A stretch of 64,000 nucleotides of DNA from an uncultured Candidatus Saccharibacteria bacterium. Lineage in GTDB: Bacteria; Patescibacteriota; Minisyncoccia; Ryanbacterales; GWA2-47-10b. A program made the translations under genes and the position numbers. The stretch covers positions 663 to 64,662 of the forward strand of contig CAYHJF010000004.1 of assembly GCA_964356915.1 (NCBI GenBank), given 5' to 3'. Below, piece by piece: positions 1 to 9,614 of the stretch; the first letter of the stretch is position 1; every line of letters starts with the position of its first letter. The notes beneath the pieces were generated by a model. The model had not been told where the DNA came from and did no database searches. It saw nothing but the letters and a program-made list of their open reading frames with translations.

Positions 1-361
1 TGTAGTCGTACCAGACAACCTCGACGTTGTGCCCATCGGCATCATGCACAAATGCAGCGTAATACCCCGGCCAATATTCTTTGCGGTACCCCGGTGCGCC
101 ATTGTCGCGCGCGCCTGCAGCTATAGCTACTTTGTAAAACTCATCTACCTGCTCTTTATTTTTTGCCTCAAAAGCAACATGCAACGGGACTACACCTTTT
201 GGATTTGTAGCAATCCAAAAACTCGTGTGCCCGCCTTCTATAAAACCTGCGGCCTCGCCGTACTCCATATTGTTCGTATAGCCGAGTGGCGCGAGTGCTT
301 TGATATAAAACTCTTTGGCTTTTTTGTAGTCGCTCACGGGAAGCCCTGTGTGTGCAATCAT
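1..361 (-). CDS. VOC/glyoxalase family protein (3' end runs off the window)
   Basis: Manual translation (absent from ORF track): MIAHTGLPVSDYKKAKEFY...LHVAFEA...AGARDNGAPGYRKEYWPGYYAAFVHDADGHNVEVV, typical VOC motifs. Confidence 0.85.
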   Translation of the reverse strand, partial: MIAHTGLPVSDYKKAKEFYIKALAPLGYTNNMEYGEAAGFIEGGHTSFWIATNPKGVVPLHVAFEAKNKEQVDEFYKVAIAAGARDNGAPGYRKEYWPGYYAAFVHDADGHNVEVVWYDY

Positions 362-421
362 ATATATAAGTATACTTTATAAATAAAATCTCGTGAGAAT
401 TTGAAAATATTAAGTTTGATA

Positions 422-1663
422 TTATTTCAACACGTCCCAAATGGCCGGATCGGCTCCACCATCAATTTTGAAAATGGCGACACCACGAATACCAAGCTTG
501 CGAGCGAGATCAATCTTATCTTTGATTGCTTGCGCATCGCTCCACCATACGATACGAAGTGGGACTGGTTGAGGAGGAGTTTGAGCTTGTGCAATATTGA
601 TCCCCGCGGCGGAAGCAAGAAGCGCATTCTGTACCCCAAGTGCTTGTTGAGCCGCAGTACCCGTTATTTCGGCTTCATTTTTTGGAATATACATAAAACT
701 TAATTCACCCGCGCTATTGCGCATAGGATTGAGACTATGCTCGGTGGCAAGTTCTGTGGCATAGCGCGGATTGAATGACCACAAGCGCTCATACCGATAC
801 CCTTCGGTGAGTGGTTTGAGTTCATATTCATAGCCATATGTCGGAATACCAAGAACGATTTTCTTTTTTGAAATTGTCTTTGCGGTCAAATTAATAACCT
901 TCTCAACCCACTTGGGATCTGCAATCGGAACATATGCACTCTGATTTGCATCATTGAGTCGCAAATCGATCGCGCCCTGATCGTACGCCATGATGCGTAC
1001 GCGATCACAGTATTTGTTTATCGCCACAAAATCATTTGCGTATTCGATATCTTTTGGAATCGTGTCATAGCGCGCCTCTAAGGGAGTGCGCGGCTCAATG
1101 GTGCACATCACCCACTTCTTTCCCATTGCCGCATAGAGCTCTTTTAAGAATGCGGAAAAGTAAGGCTTTGTTTCAGCTTTCTTTGCTTCGTAGTCAATAT
1201 CGATACCATCAAAATTATTTTCCTTTACTACCTGCATAATCGCATCAATATGTGCTTTTCGTGCCTTGGGACTACGAAGTATCGCGTCGATCGTATCTCC
1301 ATCACTCCACATGACTGTCGGGATAATACGAATCTTTTTTGCACGCGCGGCGGCAATCATCGCAGGCCATGGCTCTTCACTGATCTTCATTGCATCAAAA
1401 AGTGTACCGTCTTTTTTGACCGTATATCCAAATGGATTAATTTCTTTGAATGTTCCGAGATGCGCCATCGTATCAATCGTACCTGTCGCCTTACGCCAAT
1501 AGGGAACCCATCCTGAGATTTCGAGCGGAGCGGGTACTGGCACCTTTGGTTTTACAGCAGTTGCCGCCTCGGCACTTATCGCACTCACACAAAAGATACT
1601 CACCCCCATAAGGAGCAAGCTTATTCGTCTCTTCGTTACAAAAGAAAAAATATGATTGTTCAT
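422..1663 (-). CDS. Secreted glycoside hydrolase family 18 (YaaH/SleL-like)
   Basis: Signal peptide; intact GH18 catalytic motif FDGIDIDYE; IMAYD, LGIPTYGY and GIRGVAIF motifs. Confidence 0.85.
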   Translation of the reverse strand: MNNHIFSFVTKRRISLLLMGVSIFCVSAISAEAATAVKPKVPVPAPLEISGWVPYWRKATGTIDTMAHLGTFKEINPFGYTVKKDGTLFDAMKISEEPWPAMIAAARAKKIRIIPTVMWSDGDTIDAILRSPKARKAHIDAIMQVVKENNFDGIDIDYEAKKAETKPYFSAFLKELYAAMGKKWVMCTIEPRTPLEARYDTIPKDIEYANDFVAINKYCDRVRIMAYDQGAIDLRLNDANQSAYVPIADPKWVEKVINLTAKTISKKKIVLGIPTYGYEYELKPLTEGYRYERLWSFNPRYATELATEHSLNPMRNSAGELSFMYIPKNEAEITGTAAQQALGVQNALLASAAGINIAQAQTPPQPVPLRIVWWSDAQAIKDKIDLARKLGIRGVAIFKIDGGADPAIWDVLK

Positions 1664-1721
1664 AATAACAGTCCTTCTATACTATAGAACGCGCCACTCG
1701 CGCACATGTGACACGCTAAAT

Positions 1722-1925
1722 CTATAATCCTGGAGGAATAACTGACTGAAGAAATACCGGGATGACAAACGGTAATATAAAGAGCGGGAGCACAACTAAT
1801 ACAAGAGTTACGATGAGCGTCCATAGAAAATACTTTCGCATCTTTTCTGATGAACGGTATGTATCGTCAACTTTTTTCTCAATAGCAGCGAGTCGCTCTT
1901 CGATTGATCTTGAGTCTGTATCCAT
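1722..1925 (-). CDS. Small membrane protein (short coiled coil plus TM)
   Basis: 67 aa ORF; TATACT 7 nt before ATG; hydrophobic C-terminal half. Confidence 0.7.
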   Translation of the reverse strand: MDTDSRSIEERLAAIEKKVDDTYRSSEKMRKYFLWTLIVTLVLVVLPLFILPFVIPVFLQSVIPPGL

Positions 1926-1958
1926 GCCTCATAGTATACCCTCTCTAGCCCGTGAGTG

Positions 1959-2327
1959 CTATGACTTGAGCTCTCCGATATACAGCTTTTGCAAAATCGT
2001 TCGTGCGCGCTGGGAGTGAGCTCCCTCATTGTTTGGACGATCCTCAAACATACTCGTTGAATCTTTGCCGCAGCCCGATGCGATGATTGAACCACCCGGA
2101 TGCACTGAGACAAATGGGGTTATGTTGTACACCTTGTCATGCACAATCATCCAGCAATCTTCTCGCGTAGCATGGAGTGCTACATCTTGCGCCGTATACC
2201 CATCGGGGTTCACAGTTTGTTGGGGTAGATTATTTATGATGATTCGACTCTGAATATACAACCAAGCCCACCCGACTATGCCAAGTAGTGCCAAAATAAA
2301 AATGACTATCAGAATATATTTTTTCAT
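1959..2327 (-). CDS. Membrane-anchored cytochrome b5-like heme-binding protein
   Basis: N-terminal TM; HATREDCWMIVHDKVYNITPF, HPGG and the second His in AHSQRA. Confidence 0.9.
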   Translation of the reverse strand: MKKYILIVIFILALLGIVGWAWLYIQSRIIINNLPQQTVNPDGYTAQDVALHATREDCWMIVHDKVYNITPFVSVHPGGSIIASGCGKDSTSMFEDRPNNEGAHSQRARTILQKLYIGELKS

Positions 2328-2380
2328 AGTATGTGATGTTTAGTGATGTGTACCTGCCGCACTAACATCTTTACAAGATA

Positions 2381-2725
2381 TTAGTGCCCTCGCCCAATCG
2401 TTGGGATACTGCCGAGTAACGTTTTCCCCATTTCGTGTAAACGGCGCAAACGCTCAATTTGTTCTAAACGACCAATATTTTTTACTTCTTCCTCCTCAAT
2501 ACGTTCAATGATAACTTCGATAGTCTGCCCAATACCTGCGATACGCTCTGCTCGCTCATCGTCAGAAATATCCTCGGCTGCTTGTAATTCGGAAAGTCGT
2601 GTACGTTGCTCTCCTATTAATGTCTCCATAGAATCAATAAACTCCTGTGTACCCTCAACTTTGCGCTCAAGAGCTTGAGCGCGTTCCTCGTGACGTGAAT
2701 ATAACTCTCCTTCTGGTGATGCCAT
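2381..2725 (-). CDS. Hypothetical acidic coiled-coil protein
   Basis: 114 aa ORF filling the gap, E/R-rich helical composition. Confidence 0.65.
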   Translation of the reverse strand: MASPEGELYSRHEERAQALERKVEGTQEFIDSMETLIGEQRTRLSELQAAEDISDDERAERIAGIGQTIEVIIERIEEEEVKNIGRLEQIERLRRLHEMGKTLLGSIPTIGRGH

Positions 2726-2742
2726 ATTTTTATACTATCATA

Positions 2743-3195
2743 TTAACGCCCACCCGACTCTGTAGTACGCATCATGGGCATACCCGATCGAAGCTGTACT
2801 GACTCGGCACTCACACTCCCATCTTGATTTGCCTTACCCGTAACAAGCACCTGTTCTCCCACAATAAGATCGGATGACGTACCGCTCGCGGACTTTAAAA
2901 TCGATGTACTCTCGGAAAGAAATACGATTTTTGAACCTCCATCAGGAAGCTTCACCGTAATACTCTTGTCATCTTTACTTAGTACTTCTCCCGCGACAAA
3001 ACCGCCACTTGCAGCTCCGCGCATGCTTCGCTGTCCGCCACCTCCCATCAAACGTCCCTGACGATCACCAAACTGACCCGCAAGACCACCGCGTCCCGAT
3101 AAAACAGCTCGATGCTGATCAAATTTCATACCAGCGATAAAAGAAGCTCCGATAAGTACCAACACTCCCACACTGTACAATATTTTTTGTTTCAT
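2743..3195 (-). CDS. Membrane-anchored DUF5666-like beta-barrel protein, last gene of the ABC exporter operon
   Basis: N-terminal TM, Gly/Arg-rich linker, GEVLSKDDKSITVKL...VGEQVLVTG...DGSVSAESVQL. Confidence 0.65.
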   Translation of the reverse strand: MKQKILYSVGVLVLIGASFIAGMKFDQHRAVLSGRGGLAGQFGDRQGRLMGGGGQRSMRGAASGGFVAGEVLSKDDKSITVKLPDGGSKIVFLSESTSILKSASGTSSDLIVGEQVLVTGKANQDGSVSAESVQLRSGMPMMRTTESGGR

Positions 3196-3225
3196 ATTTT
3201 TTTAATAATTACTCTTAATAAACCT

Positions 3226-4449
3226 TTACTCATAACGTAACGCATCGATTGGATTCAGACTTGCGGCACGACGCGCCGGATAATACCCAAACACAATTCC
3301 AATCGCCGTAGAAACACCGAACGCAAGCAATACTGAGGAAAGCGAAACTGTGGTCTGAATAATTCCAAAATACCTCACCGCAAACGATATGCCCCACCCA
3401 AGCGCGACACCAATCACACCTCCAAGTAATGTCAGTGCAACCGCTTCAACTAAGAATTGAACATTGATGTCGTGACGCTTGGCACCAATTGCCTTACGAA
3501 GACCGATCTCTCGCGTACGCTCCGTCACTGTCGTAAGCATCATGTTCATAATACCGATGCCTCCGACAAGCAGTGAAATACCCGCAACCGCCGCAAGCAA
3601 AATAGTAAATGTCTGCGTGATACTTGAAGCGGTAGCAACAATATCAGCTTGGTTGAGCGTACTAAAATCAGCTAGCTGTGGATCGTCGATATGATGTCGA
3701 GATAGAAGTAATGATGTAACTGCCTGCTGAACATTTGTCGTTGAATCTGCATCTTGCGCAGCAATACTAATCGTCGTCACATAATCATCGCCCGAGAGAA
3801 AACGCTGGGCTGTCGTGAGCGGGATAAAAACCATATCATCTGGATTATTGAAACCCGAACCACCACGCGCCTTTGAAACGCCGATAACCTTAAAATCAAT
3901 TTTATTAATCCGAATTGATTGACCGATTGGAGTAGAATCAACGCCAAATAAATCATCTCGCACTGTCGGACCGATAACAACAACCTTGCCCGCGCTACGA
4001 ACATTTTGCTCCGCAATAAATGAACCTTGAGCAACTTCGACATTGCGCACCCCCGTGTATGCAGGCGTCGTACCAACTACTTGAGTATTTGTATTCTGCC
4101 CGTGAGCAGTTACTTGATAGCGTCCCGAGACTTCTGGAGCGATTGCTCGAATGAACGGAATTTCTTTTTCGATAGCATCAGCATCATCGAGCTTGAGCGT
4201 GCGCGCAGAACCTCGACCCGCGCTTATTGTCACACCTGGCCCACGCTGAGCGCCCGGCATTACGATAATCAAATTTGATCCGATCGACTGAATACTTGAT
4301 TGAATAGAACTCTGCGCTCCTTGCCCAATTGAAACCATCGCGATCACAGAGCTAATGCCAATGACAATACCAAGCACCGTAAGTCCAGAACGAACTTTAT
4401 TTGCTGAGAGCGCTGCGTATGTCTCGTGTGTAATATCGTTGATTGTCAT
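3226..4449 (-). CDS. MacB/FtsX-family ABC transporter permease
   Basis: RSGLTVLGIVIGISSVI; GGIGIMNMMLTTVTERTREIGLRKAIGA; PARRAASLNPIDALRYE. Confidence 0.95.
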   Translation of the reverse strand: MTINDITHETYAALSANKVRSGLTVLGIVIGISSVIAMVSIGQGAQSSIQSSIQSIGSNLIIVMPGAQRGPGVTISAGRGSARTLKLDDADAIEKEIPFIRAIAPEVSGRYQVTAHGQNTNTQVVGTTPAYTGVRNVEVAQGSFIAEQNVRSAGKVVVIGPTVRDDLFGVDSTPIGQSIRINKIDFKVIGVSKARGGSGFNNPDDMVFIPLTTAQRFLSGDDYVTTISIAAQDADSTTNVQQAVTSLLLSRHHIDDPQLADFSTLNQADIVATASSITQTFTILLAAVAGISLLVGGIGIMNMMLTTVTERTREIGLRKAIGAKRHDINVQFLVEAVALTLLGGVIGVALGWGISFAVRYFGIIQTTVSLSSVLLAFGVSTAIGIVFGYYPARRAASLNPIDALRYE

Positions 4450-5153
4450 ACGTGTGTTGTTACGCGAGGTGTCAGTACCTTTTTATCCTCAACTAGAAGA
4501 CCATCTCTGATAAAAATAATTCTGTCTGCGTGCTCCGCCACTTCGTGCTCATGCGTAATAATAATAATCGTTCTCCCCTGTTCTCTATTTAATCTTTGAA
4601 AAGTTCCGAGCACAATCTCTCCTGTCTTTGTATCAAGATTACCTGTGGGTTCATCAGCTAAAATCAAAGCGGGATTATTGACGAGCGCGCGAGCGATCGC
4701 AACGCGCTGGATTTGTCCACCAGAAAGCTGATTCGAAAGATGTTGAAAATGACTTTTATCAAGTCCTGCGGACTCAAGTGCTTCCTCGGCTCGACGCACG
4801 CGTTCTTGGGGCGCGACTCCCGCATATACAAGAGGCAGCATCACATTGCGAAGTACTGTTGCTCGTGGCAAAAGATTGAACGCCTGAAAAATAAAACCTA
4901 TCTTTTCTCTACGGATATCAGCAAGCTCATCATCAGATAATGTTGAGACATCTTTACCATCAAGTGTGTATGTCCCATTCGTCGGAGTATCGAGTGCACC
5001 TAAAAGATGCATGAGTGTTGATTTACCAGATCCCGACGGCCCCATAATCGCGACGAATTCACCGTCCTCAATCGTAAAGCTTACGCCACGAAGCGCCTGA
5101 AAATCGATAGCTCCAGTCGTATATGTCTTTGTAAGATTGCGCACTTCTATCAT
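4446..5153 (-). CDS. ABC transporter ATP-binding protein (LolD/MacB type)
   Basis: Walker [26 protein letters not shown]; start re-assigned to MIEVRNL at 5153. Confidence 0.95.
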   Translation of the reverse strand: MIEVRNLTKTYTTGAIDFQALRGVSFTIEDGEFVAIMGPSGSGKSTLMHLLGALDTPTNGTYTLDGKDVSTLSDDELADIRREKIGFIFQAFNLLPRATVLRNVMLPLVYAGVAPQERVRRAEEALESAGLDKSHFQHLSNQLSGGQIQRVAIARALVNNPALILADEPTGNLDTKTGEIVLGTFQRLNREQGRTIIIITHEHEVAEHADRIIFIRDGLLVEDKKVLTPRVTTHV

Positions 5154-5154
5154 A

Positions 5155-6972
5155 TTAGCGTTGGGTACGAACTGCTCCCCCGCCTGCGGCACGATTACCA
5201 CCCGGTGAGCCAAAGAGACTTGGGGCCTGCTGGGTCGTACTTTGGGTTGTCGCCGTAGTCGTACGCGCGACAACATAATCACCCGCATTTAAACCTGAAG
5301 TAATTTCAGTTGTTGTATCACTCGCAAGACCTGTCTGTATTGATCGCCTTTCAAGTACCGTATCCGACTGTATGCCCGTACTCGCCTCCGTATCAGAAAA
5401 TGTACCGGGCAAAATCTCTACGTACTGCGTGTCGCCATTGGCCTTAATGGCGCCATTGGGCAACGCAACTACATCTTGTTTAACGTCAGTAACGATAACT
5501 GCTGATACGCTCATCCCCGGCTTTACTCGATTATCTTGGGTGTCAAAACTAATCTTAACTCCATATGATACGACTCCCTGACTTGCCGCTCCAACCGTAT
5601 CAATTTCAGCGACGACGCCGGAGATACCAAGACCTTCGATAGCATCAAAAGTTAAATTTACTTTTTGACCTATTTTAATTTTTGCAATATCAACTTCGTT
5701 GAGAGAAATCTCTGCAAGCTGTTGCTTGGTAACCAGCGTCGCGACAACGGTAGCAGATGATACAGAGTCTGATTTCTTTATCTTTAGACTAGCAATCGTG
5801 GCATCAAATGGCGCTCGCACAAAATAATCAGCAAGTTTTTCGCGCGCATCTAAAAGAGCATTTTGACGCTGCTGCACGGTCAACTGTTGAGATTCTAAAT
5901 CGAGAGCATCGGCTCCGCTTTTTAATTTTGCGAGTGACTCTGTTTTTTCAGTAATCGTACGGTCGCTTGAACGAATCGTATCTTTAGCATTTTTAATTGA
6001 ACTCTGTATTGAGAGAAGACTTGAAAGATGAGAACTCGTCTGACCGGTGTACGTATCGATACTTCCCTGATATGTAGTAACAAGTGTAGGGACTGTAAAA
6101 TCGTGTGCGGTTATTTGATCCTGATAAAAATCGAGTAAATTATTCGTTCCCTTTACTGCATCGGCAACTGCTTTTGTTGTCTCATAAGTCTGATCAAGTA
6201 AAATTTCAAGATCTTGCGGATGAGAAGACCTGCTCGATGCATTATAGTTATCAAAATTCTTTTGATATGCACTTCGTGCCTTTTGATAATTCGTTGACGC
6301 TGTGTCGCGATATATTAAAACCTTCTCATCATAACTTTTTACTGCGTCCGTAAGAAAACTGATATTATCTGAAGTTTTTTGCGGATTAAGCGCAGTGCTA
6401 AAAAGTATATTTTCAAGACCCGTCATGATCGGCGGCAAATCAAGAAAAGTACTCGAAATCGTATTAAAAACATCTTCGTATGCCTTCTCCAAATCACTCT
6501 CGGCCTTACTCTTTGACTCTCGAGCCGCAACGAGAGCATTTTCTGCCTGAATTGTTGTTAGGGCGTCAGCGGGTTTTTGTAATTTTTCAAGCGCGATCTT
6601 GGCACTCTGTAAATTTACCTCCGCATCGCGGACTGTCTTTTGCGCATCACGCGCATCCAAAGCTACGATGAGTGCTCCCGCTTTCACTTCTTGGCCGTTG
6701 GTAACCGCAATAGAGACTACATCCCCCGACGCTCGCGGTTTTAAATCTAGTTGGTTTGATGCTGACACCTGCCCGCTCCCAGAAACCGAGGCTATAACCG
6801 TCGTCTTCTCCGCTCGCGCCAGAATATACGTAGGTGAAGTGCTACTTTTTGAAAAATATGTCCACGTCCAATAACCAAGCAACACGACAACGACAAGTCC
6901 AATCGAACTCAAACGCTTATGCCTTTTTATAAATGCTCGCGCACTGCGTGTTGTGTTATTGATGATGTTCAT
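5155..6972 (-). CDS. Efflux periplasmic adaptor (HlyD/MacA-like) with long coiled coil
   Basis: TM anchor, lipoyl-like SGDVVSIAVTNGQEVKAG, VRAPFDATI, VKPGMSV, SGLNAGDYVV. Confidence 0.9.
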   Translation of the reverse strand: MNIINNTTRSARAFIKRHKRLSSIGLVVVVLLGYWTWTYFSKSSTSPTYILARAEKTTVIASVSGSGQVSASNQLDLKPRASGDVVSIAVTNGQEVKAGALIVALDARDAQKTVRDAEVNLQSAKIALEKLQKPADALTTIQAENALVAARESKSKAESDLEKAYEDVFNTISSTFLDLPPIMTGLENILFSTALNPQKTSDNISFLTDAVKSYDEKVLIYRDTASTNYQKARSAYQKNFDNYNASSRSSHPQDLEILLDQTYETTKAVADAVKGTNNLLDFYQDQITAHDFTVPTLVTTYQGSIDTYTGQTSSHLSSLLSIQSSIKNAKDTIRSSDRTITEKTESLAKLKSGADALDLESQQLTVQQRQNALLDAREKLADYFVRAPFDATIASLKIKKSDSVSSATVVATLVTKQQLAEISLNEVDIAKIKIGQKVNLTFDAIEGLGISGVVAEIDTVGAASQGVVSYGVKISFDTQDNRVKPGMSVSAVIVTDVKQDVVALPNGAIKANGDTQYVEILPGTFSDTEASTGIQSDTVLERRSIQTGLASDTTTEITSGLNAGDYVVARTTTATTQSTTQQAPSLFGSPGGNRAAGGGAVRTQR

Positions 6973-7004
6973 AGACGCTTCATTATATAATTATAGTATA
7001 GCCC

Positions 7005-7040
7005 AACACTCGCTCCACAGATGTGGAGCGAGTGTTTTTA
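7005..7040. terminator. Hairpin, probable intrinsic terminator
   Basis: AACACTCGCTCCAC-agat-GTGGAGCGAGTGTT, 14 bp perfect stem just downstream of the 7044-7475 gene. Confidence 0.65.
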
Positions 7041-7043
7041 TGA

Positions 7044-7475
7044 CTATCGACCGTGGTGACCACGACCGCCCATAAGACCCTTGCCATTCTCAAAACGAGT
7101 CTGCATCGCTGTGAGTCGCTTGTCTGCCTGTGCCTGCGTAATGACACCTTTATCAACAAGCGTTTGTAATTGAGCTTTCAATTGAGCTGTGCGAGCTTCT
7201 TTCATTTTTGTTTGCAACTGCTCATCTGAAATACCTTTTTCTTTTGCTAAGTCACGAACTGTCTTCCCAGAAGCCCATGCCTCTTTTATTTCATCGACAC
7301 TAACGCCGAGGATCTGCGCGTCTTGCTCAAACATCACGTTCTGATGTAATGCGATTTCTTCGGGCGTAGCGCCCGTCATCATCCCACCAAACATTCCATG
7401 AGCCGACGCAATACCTGCTCCCAATAATCCGACGCTTAACACTGGTAATACCGCATAAAGAAATTTACGTTTCAT
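7044..7475 (-). CDS. Secreted helical protein (YckD/DUF2680-like)
   Basis: Signal peptide ending ASA; AQILGVSVDEIK...GKTVRDLAKEKG; LVDKGVITQAQADKRL. Confidence 0.7.
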   Translation of the reverse strand: MKRKFLYAVLPVLSVGLLGAGIASAHGMFGGMMTGATPEEIALHQNVMFEQDAQILGVSVDEIKEAWASGKTVRDLAKEKGISDEQLQTKMKEARTAQLKAQLQTLVDKGVITQAQADKRLTAMQTRFENGKGLMGGRGHHGR

Positions 7476-7708
7476 AAAAAGATAAGGTTAGGTAAATAAT
7501 AGTCTTTGATGACAGTGATAAGAATATGCGAGAGAGGCACGAATCTCATCCAAACTGCATCCACGACACATACTACTACAAGCGAGCTATTGTTTTCTTT
7601 CACTCACTCGATTGGGCCGAAATCGAGAGTCGAGGTTAAGCAGTTAATTCTCTCATTCGGCCCATTGCTCCCTCGACTCTCGTACCTATTACTACAACCA
7701 ACGACTCA

Positions 7709-8422
7709 TTATCTTTCAATTTCGATACGGTCTAACTTACGAATACCAAAAGCCTTGATAACATTTCCATCTCGATCTCCAAATACAACAACAACATCTC
7801 CGTCTCCAAAATCTGTACCATACGGTAATCGCGTCTCGGGCGTAATCAAAACTTGAAACATTTCTCGATGACTCTTCATACGAAATTGATCTGGCATACG
7901 TTCCGTCACTTTGCCACGATATACATTCGCGGGGGGAGCTTCTCCAAACCTACGATACAAGGGTCCTGCGATAGGTAAGCGTCGCTGCTCTGCGTATAAA
8001 AACATTCGTCGATGAAATGACGTTTGTGCTACAACAAAACCGCCGATGAATACAAAACCAACAATCCCAAATGCTGAATATAATAGTGGCTTACGGTATG
8101 CAAACTCGTATCTACGTACGAGCATTTCAAGAGCCAAAATAAATACGATAAGGAAAAATAAAAGTAACCATGGTAAAGAAAATAGAAAGACATGAAGCCC
8201 ACGAAACCCAAATATAGGTACAAACCATGCGCCAGTCTCGCGTGAAATAAAAATCATGAAACTCACCAAGGATAAAAGCGCGAGCATCAAGATGATCCCG
8301 CCCGCAATCGCAAGAACGGCCTTTAATACAAAATGCCAGCGAGGACGCATAGCAACCTGACCGCTCTTGATGGCCGAAAGTACCTTTTCTTTAATTGGTT
8401 GTTTTTGAGTTTCGTTATTCAT
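7709..8422 (-). CDS. Multi-pass membrane protein with C-terminal DUF5666-like domain; candidate anti-sigma factor
   Basis: Start MNNETQ overlaps the sigma stop codon; 3 TM segments followed by a beta-rich domain. Confidence 0.65.
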   Translation of the reverse strand: MNNETQKQPIKEKVLSAIKSGQVAMRPRWHFVLKAVLAIAGGIILMLALLSLVSFMIFISRETGAWFVPIFGFRGLHVFLFSLPWLLLFFLIVFILALEMLVRRYEFAYRKPLLYSAFGIVGFVFIGGFVVAQTSFHRRMFLYAEQRRLPIAGPLYRRFGEAPPANVYRGKVTERMPDQFRMKSHREMFQVLITPETRLPYGTDFGDGDVVVVFGDRDGNVIKAFGIRKLDRIEIER

Positions 8423-8990
8423 ATGATGAGTCTTTGCTTTGTACAAATTTTCGAAGCATCGCCTTACCTCGCTGCAACCGAACTCCGACCGTTGATATTG
8501 GAATCTGTAACACTTCTGAAATCTGCTGATAATCCATCTCTTCAAAAAAATATAGTACGAGTGGCTCGCGATACTTGGGAGTAAGTTTTTCGAGCGACTG
8601 GTCTAAGAGCTCTCGGAGCTCTCTTTTTTGAGTCATGCCATCGGCAGTCTCCTCGGCAACCGCATATGGTAACAACAGGTCGATATCAAAATTTAATGTA
8701 AATCCAGCAAGTCGACTTCGACGCTTCCCCGCATTAATAAACTCATTATGAGCAATGCGATAAATCCATGAAGAAAACTTGCGAGCTACATCAAAACCTT
8801 GGATATTACTGTATGACTTGATGAAAACTTCCTGAATCACGTCTTGAGCATCCTCTGTGGCTAGTAAAAATTTGCGAGCATAACGCATAAGCTTTGGCTC
8901 ATAGCGCTCCACAAGTAAACCAAACGATTCGACATCGCCTCCCTGAACACGTGCTGCGATCTCTTCATCGGTCTTTTCGCTCAACGTCAT
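8415..8990 (-). CDS. ECF RNA polymerase sigma factor (sigma-24/SigW-like)
   Basis: DAQDVIQEVF, FSSWIYRIAHN (region 2); YQQISEVLQIPISTVGVRLQRG (region 4). Confidence 0.95.
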   Translation of the reverse strand: MTLSEKTDEEIAARVQGGDVESFGLLVERYEPKLMRYARKFLLATEDAQDVIQEVFIKSYSNIQGFDVARKFSSWIYRIAHNEFINAGKRRSRLAGFTLNFDIDLLLPYAVAEETADGMTQKRELRELLDQSLEKLTPKYREPLVLYFFEEMDYQQISEVLQIPISTVGVRLQRGKAMLRKFVQSKDSSYE

Positions 8991-9076
8991 ATATCAGTAC
9001 TCTATCACTACTACAAAATAAACTCGCGTTTATTTCATCCTCTCACTCTGTAATACAAAAATTAAAAAAAATAACC

Positions 9077-9122
9077 AAAATAAAAACGGTCCGACGGTAG
9101 CTTGCGCTACGCGGTCGGACCG
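9077..9122 (-). terminator. Intrinsic terminator of the GC-rich orphan gene
   Basis: Minus strand CGGTCCGAC..GTAGC-GCAA-GCTAC..GTCGGACCG followed by TTTTTATTTT. Confidence 0.8.
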
Positions 9123-9164
9123 GTGTTGCTTGCGCGCCTAACGGCGCGGTGCGGACTTCCGCAA

Positions 9165-9614
9165 TCAGCCGGAGGTGACCGGCCGGAGCTTCGCGGAGTA
9201 CGCGGGGTCGGCGACGCCGACCATCGGGCTTGCGCGGCAATCGCCACGCGCGGGGAGACGGAACTGGCCGTCGGAACTGATCAGGACCATCGCCTGCGGA
9301 CTGGCACGACTGCAGCTGTGTGCCGTCGAGGCGGTGGTGACCGAACCGGCGATCAGGCCGACGTCATCGCTCGCAAGACTCGTCATCGGACCCCCGATGA
9401 TGTGCGGCGACTCGGAGACGACCTCGATCTGGCCGAACTGCTGACCCTGCTGGGCATCGATCGCGACACCCGCGATCAGGAGACCCTTGGGGGCCTGGAA
9501 CCCGGGCGGCGCGCCGGGCATCGCGACACCGGCAACCGCCGGCGCTGCCATGACGATCGCGAGCGCGATCATCGCTGCGGCCCCGACGAGGGGGCCATAT
9601 CTGGACTGTCGCAT
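9165..9614 (-). CDS. GC-rich orphan secreted protein
   Basis: SD-like GGAGGTGGAG directly before ATG 9614; signal peptide MRQSRYGPLVGAAAMIALAIVMAAPAVA; terminator downstream. Confidence 0.6.
   Translation of the reverse strand: MRQSRYGPLVGAAAMIALAIVMAAPAVAGVAMPGAPPGFQAPKGLLIAGVAIDAQQGQQFGQIEVVSESPHIIGGPMTSLASDDVGLIAGSVTTASTAHSCSRASPQAMVLISSDGQFRLPARGDCRASPMVGVADPAYSAKLRPVTSG

Noticed and set aside
5154-5288. N-terminal extensions in the ORF track (also 8545, 15996, 22663, 33672, 47029, 55731, 57475)
   Set aside because: They overlap neighbouring genes and lack family motifs; downstream ATGs fit homolog starts or -10 spacing
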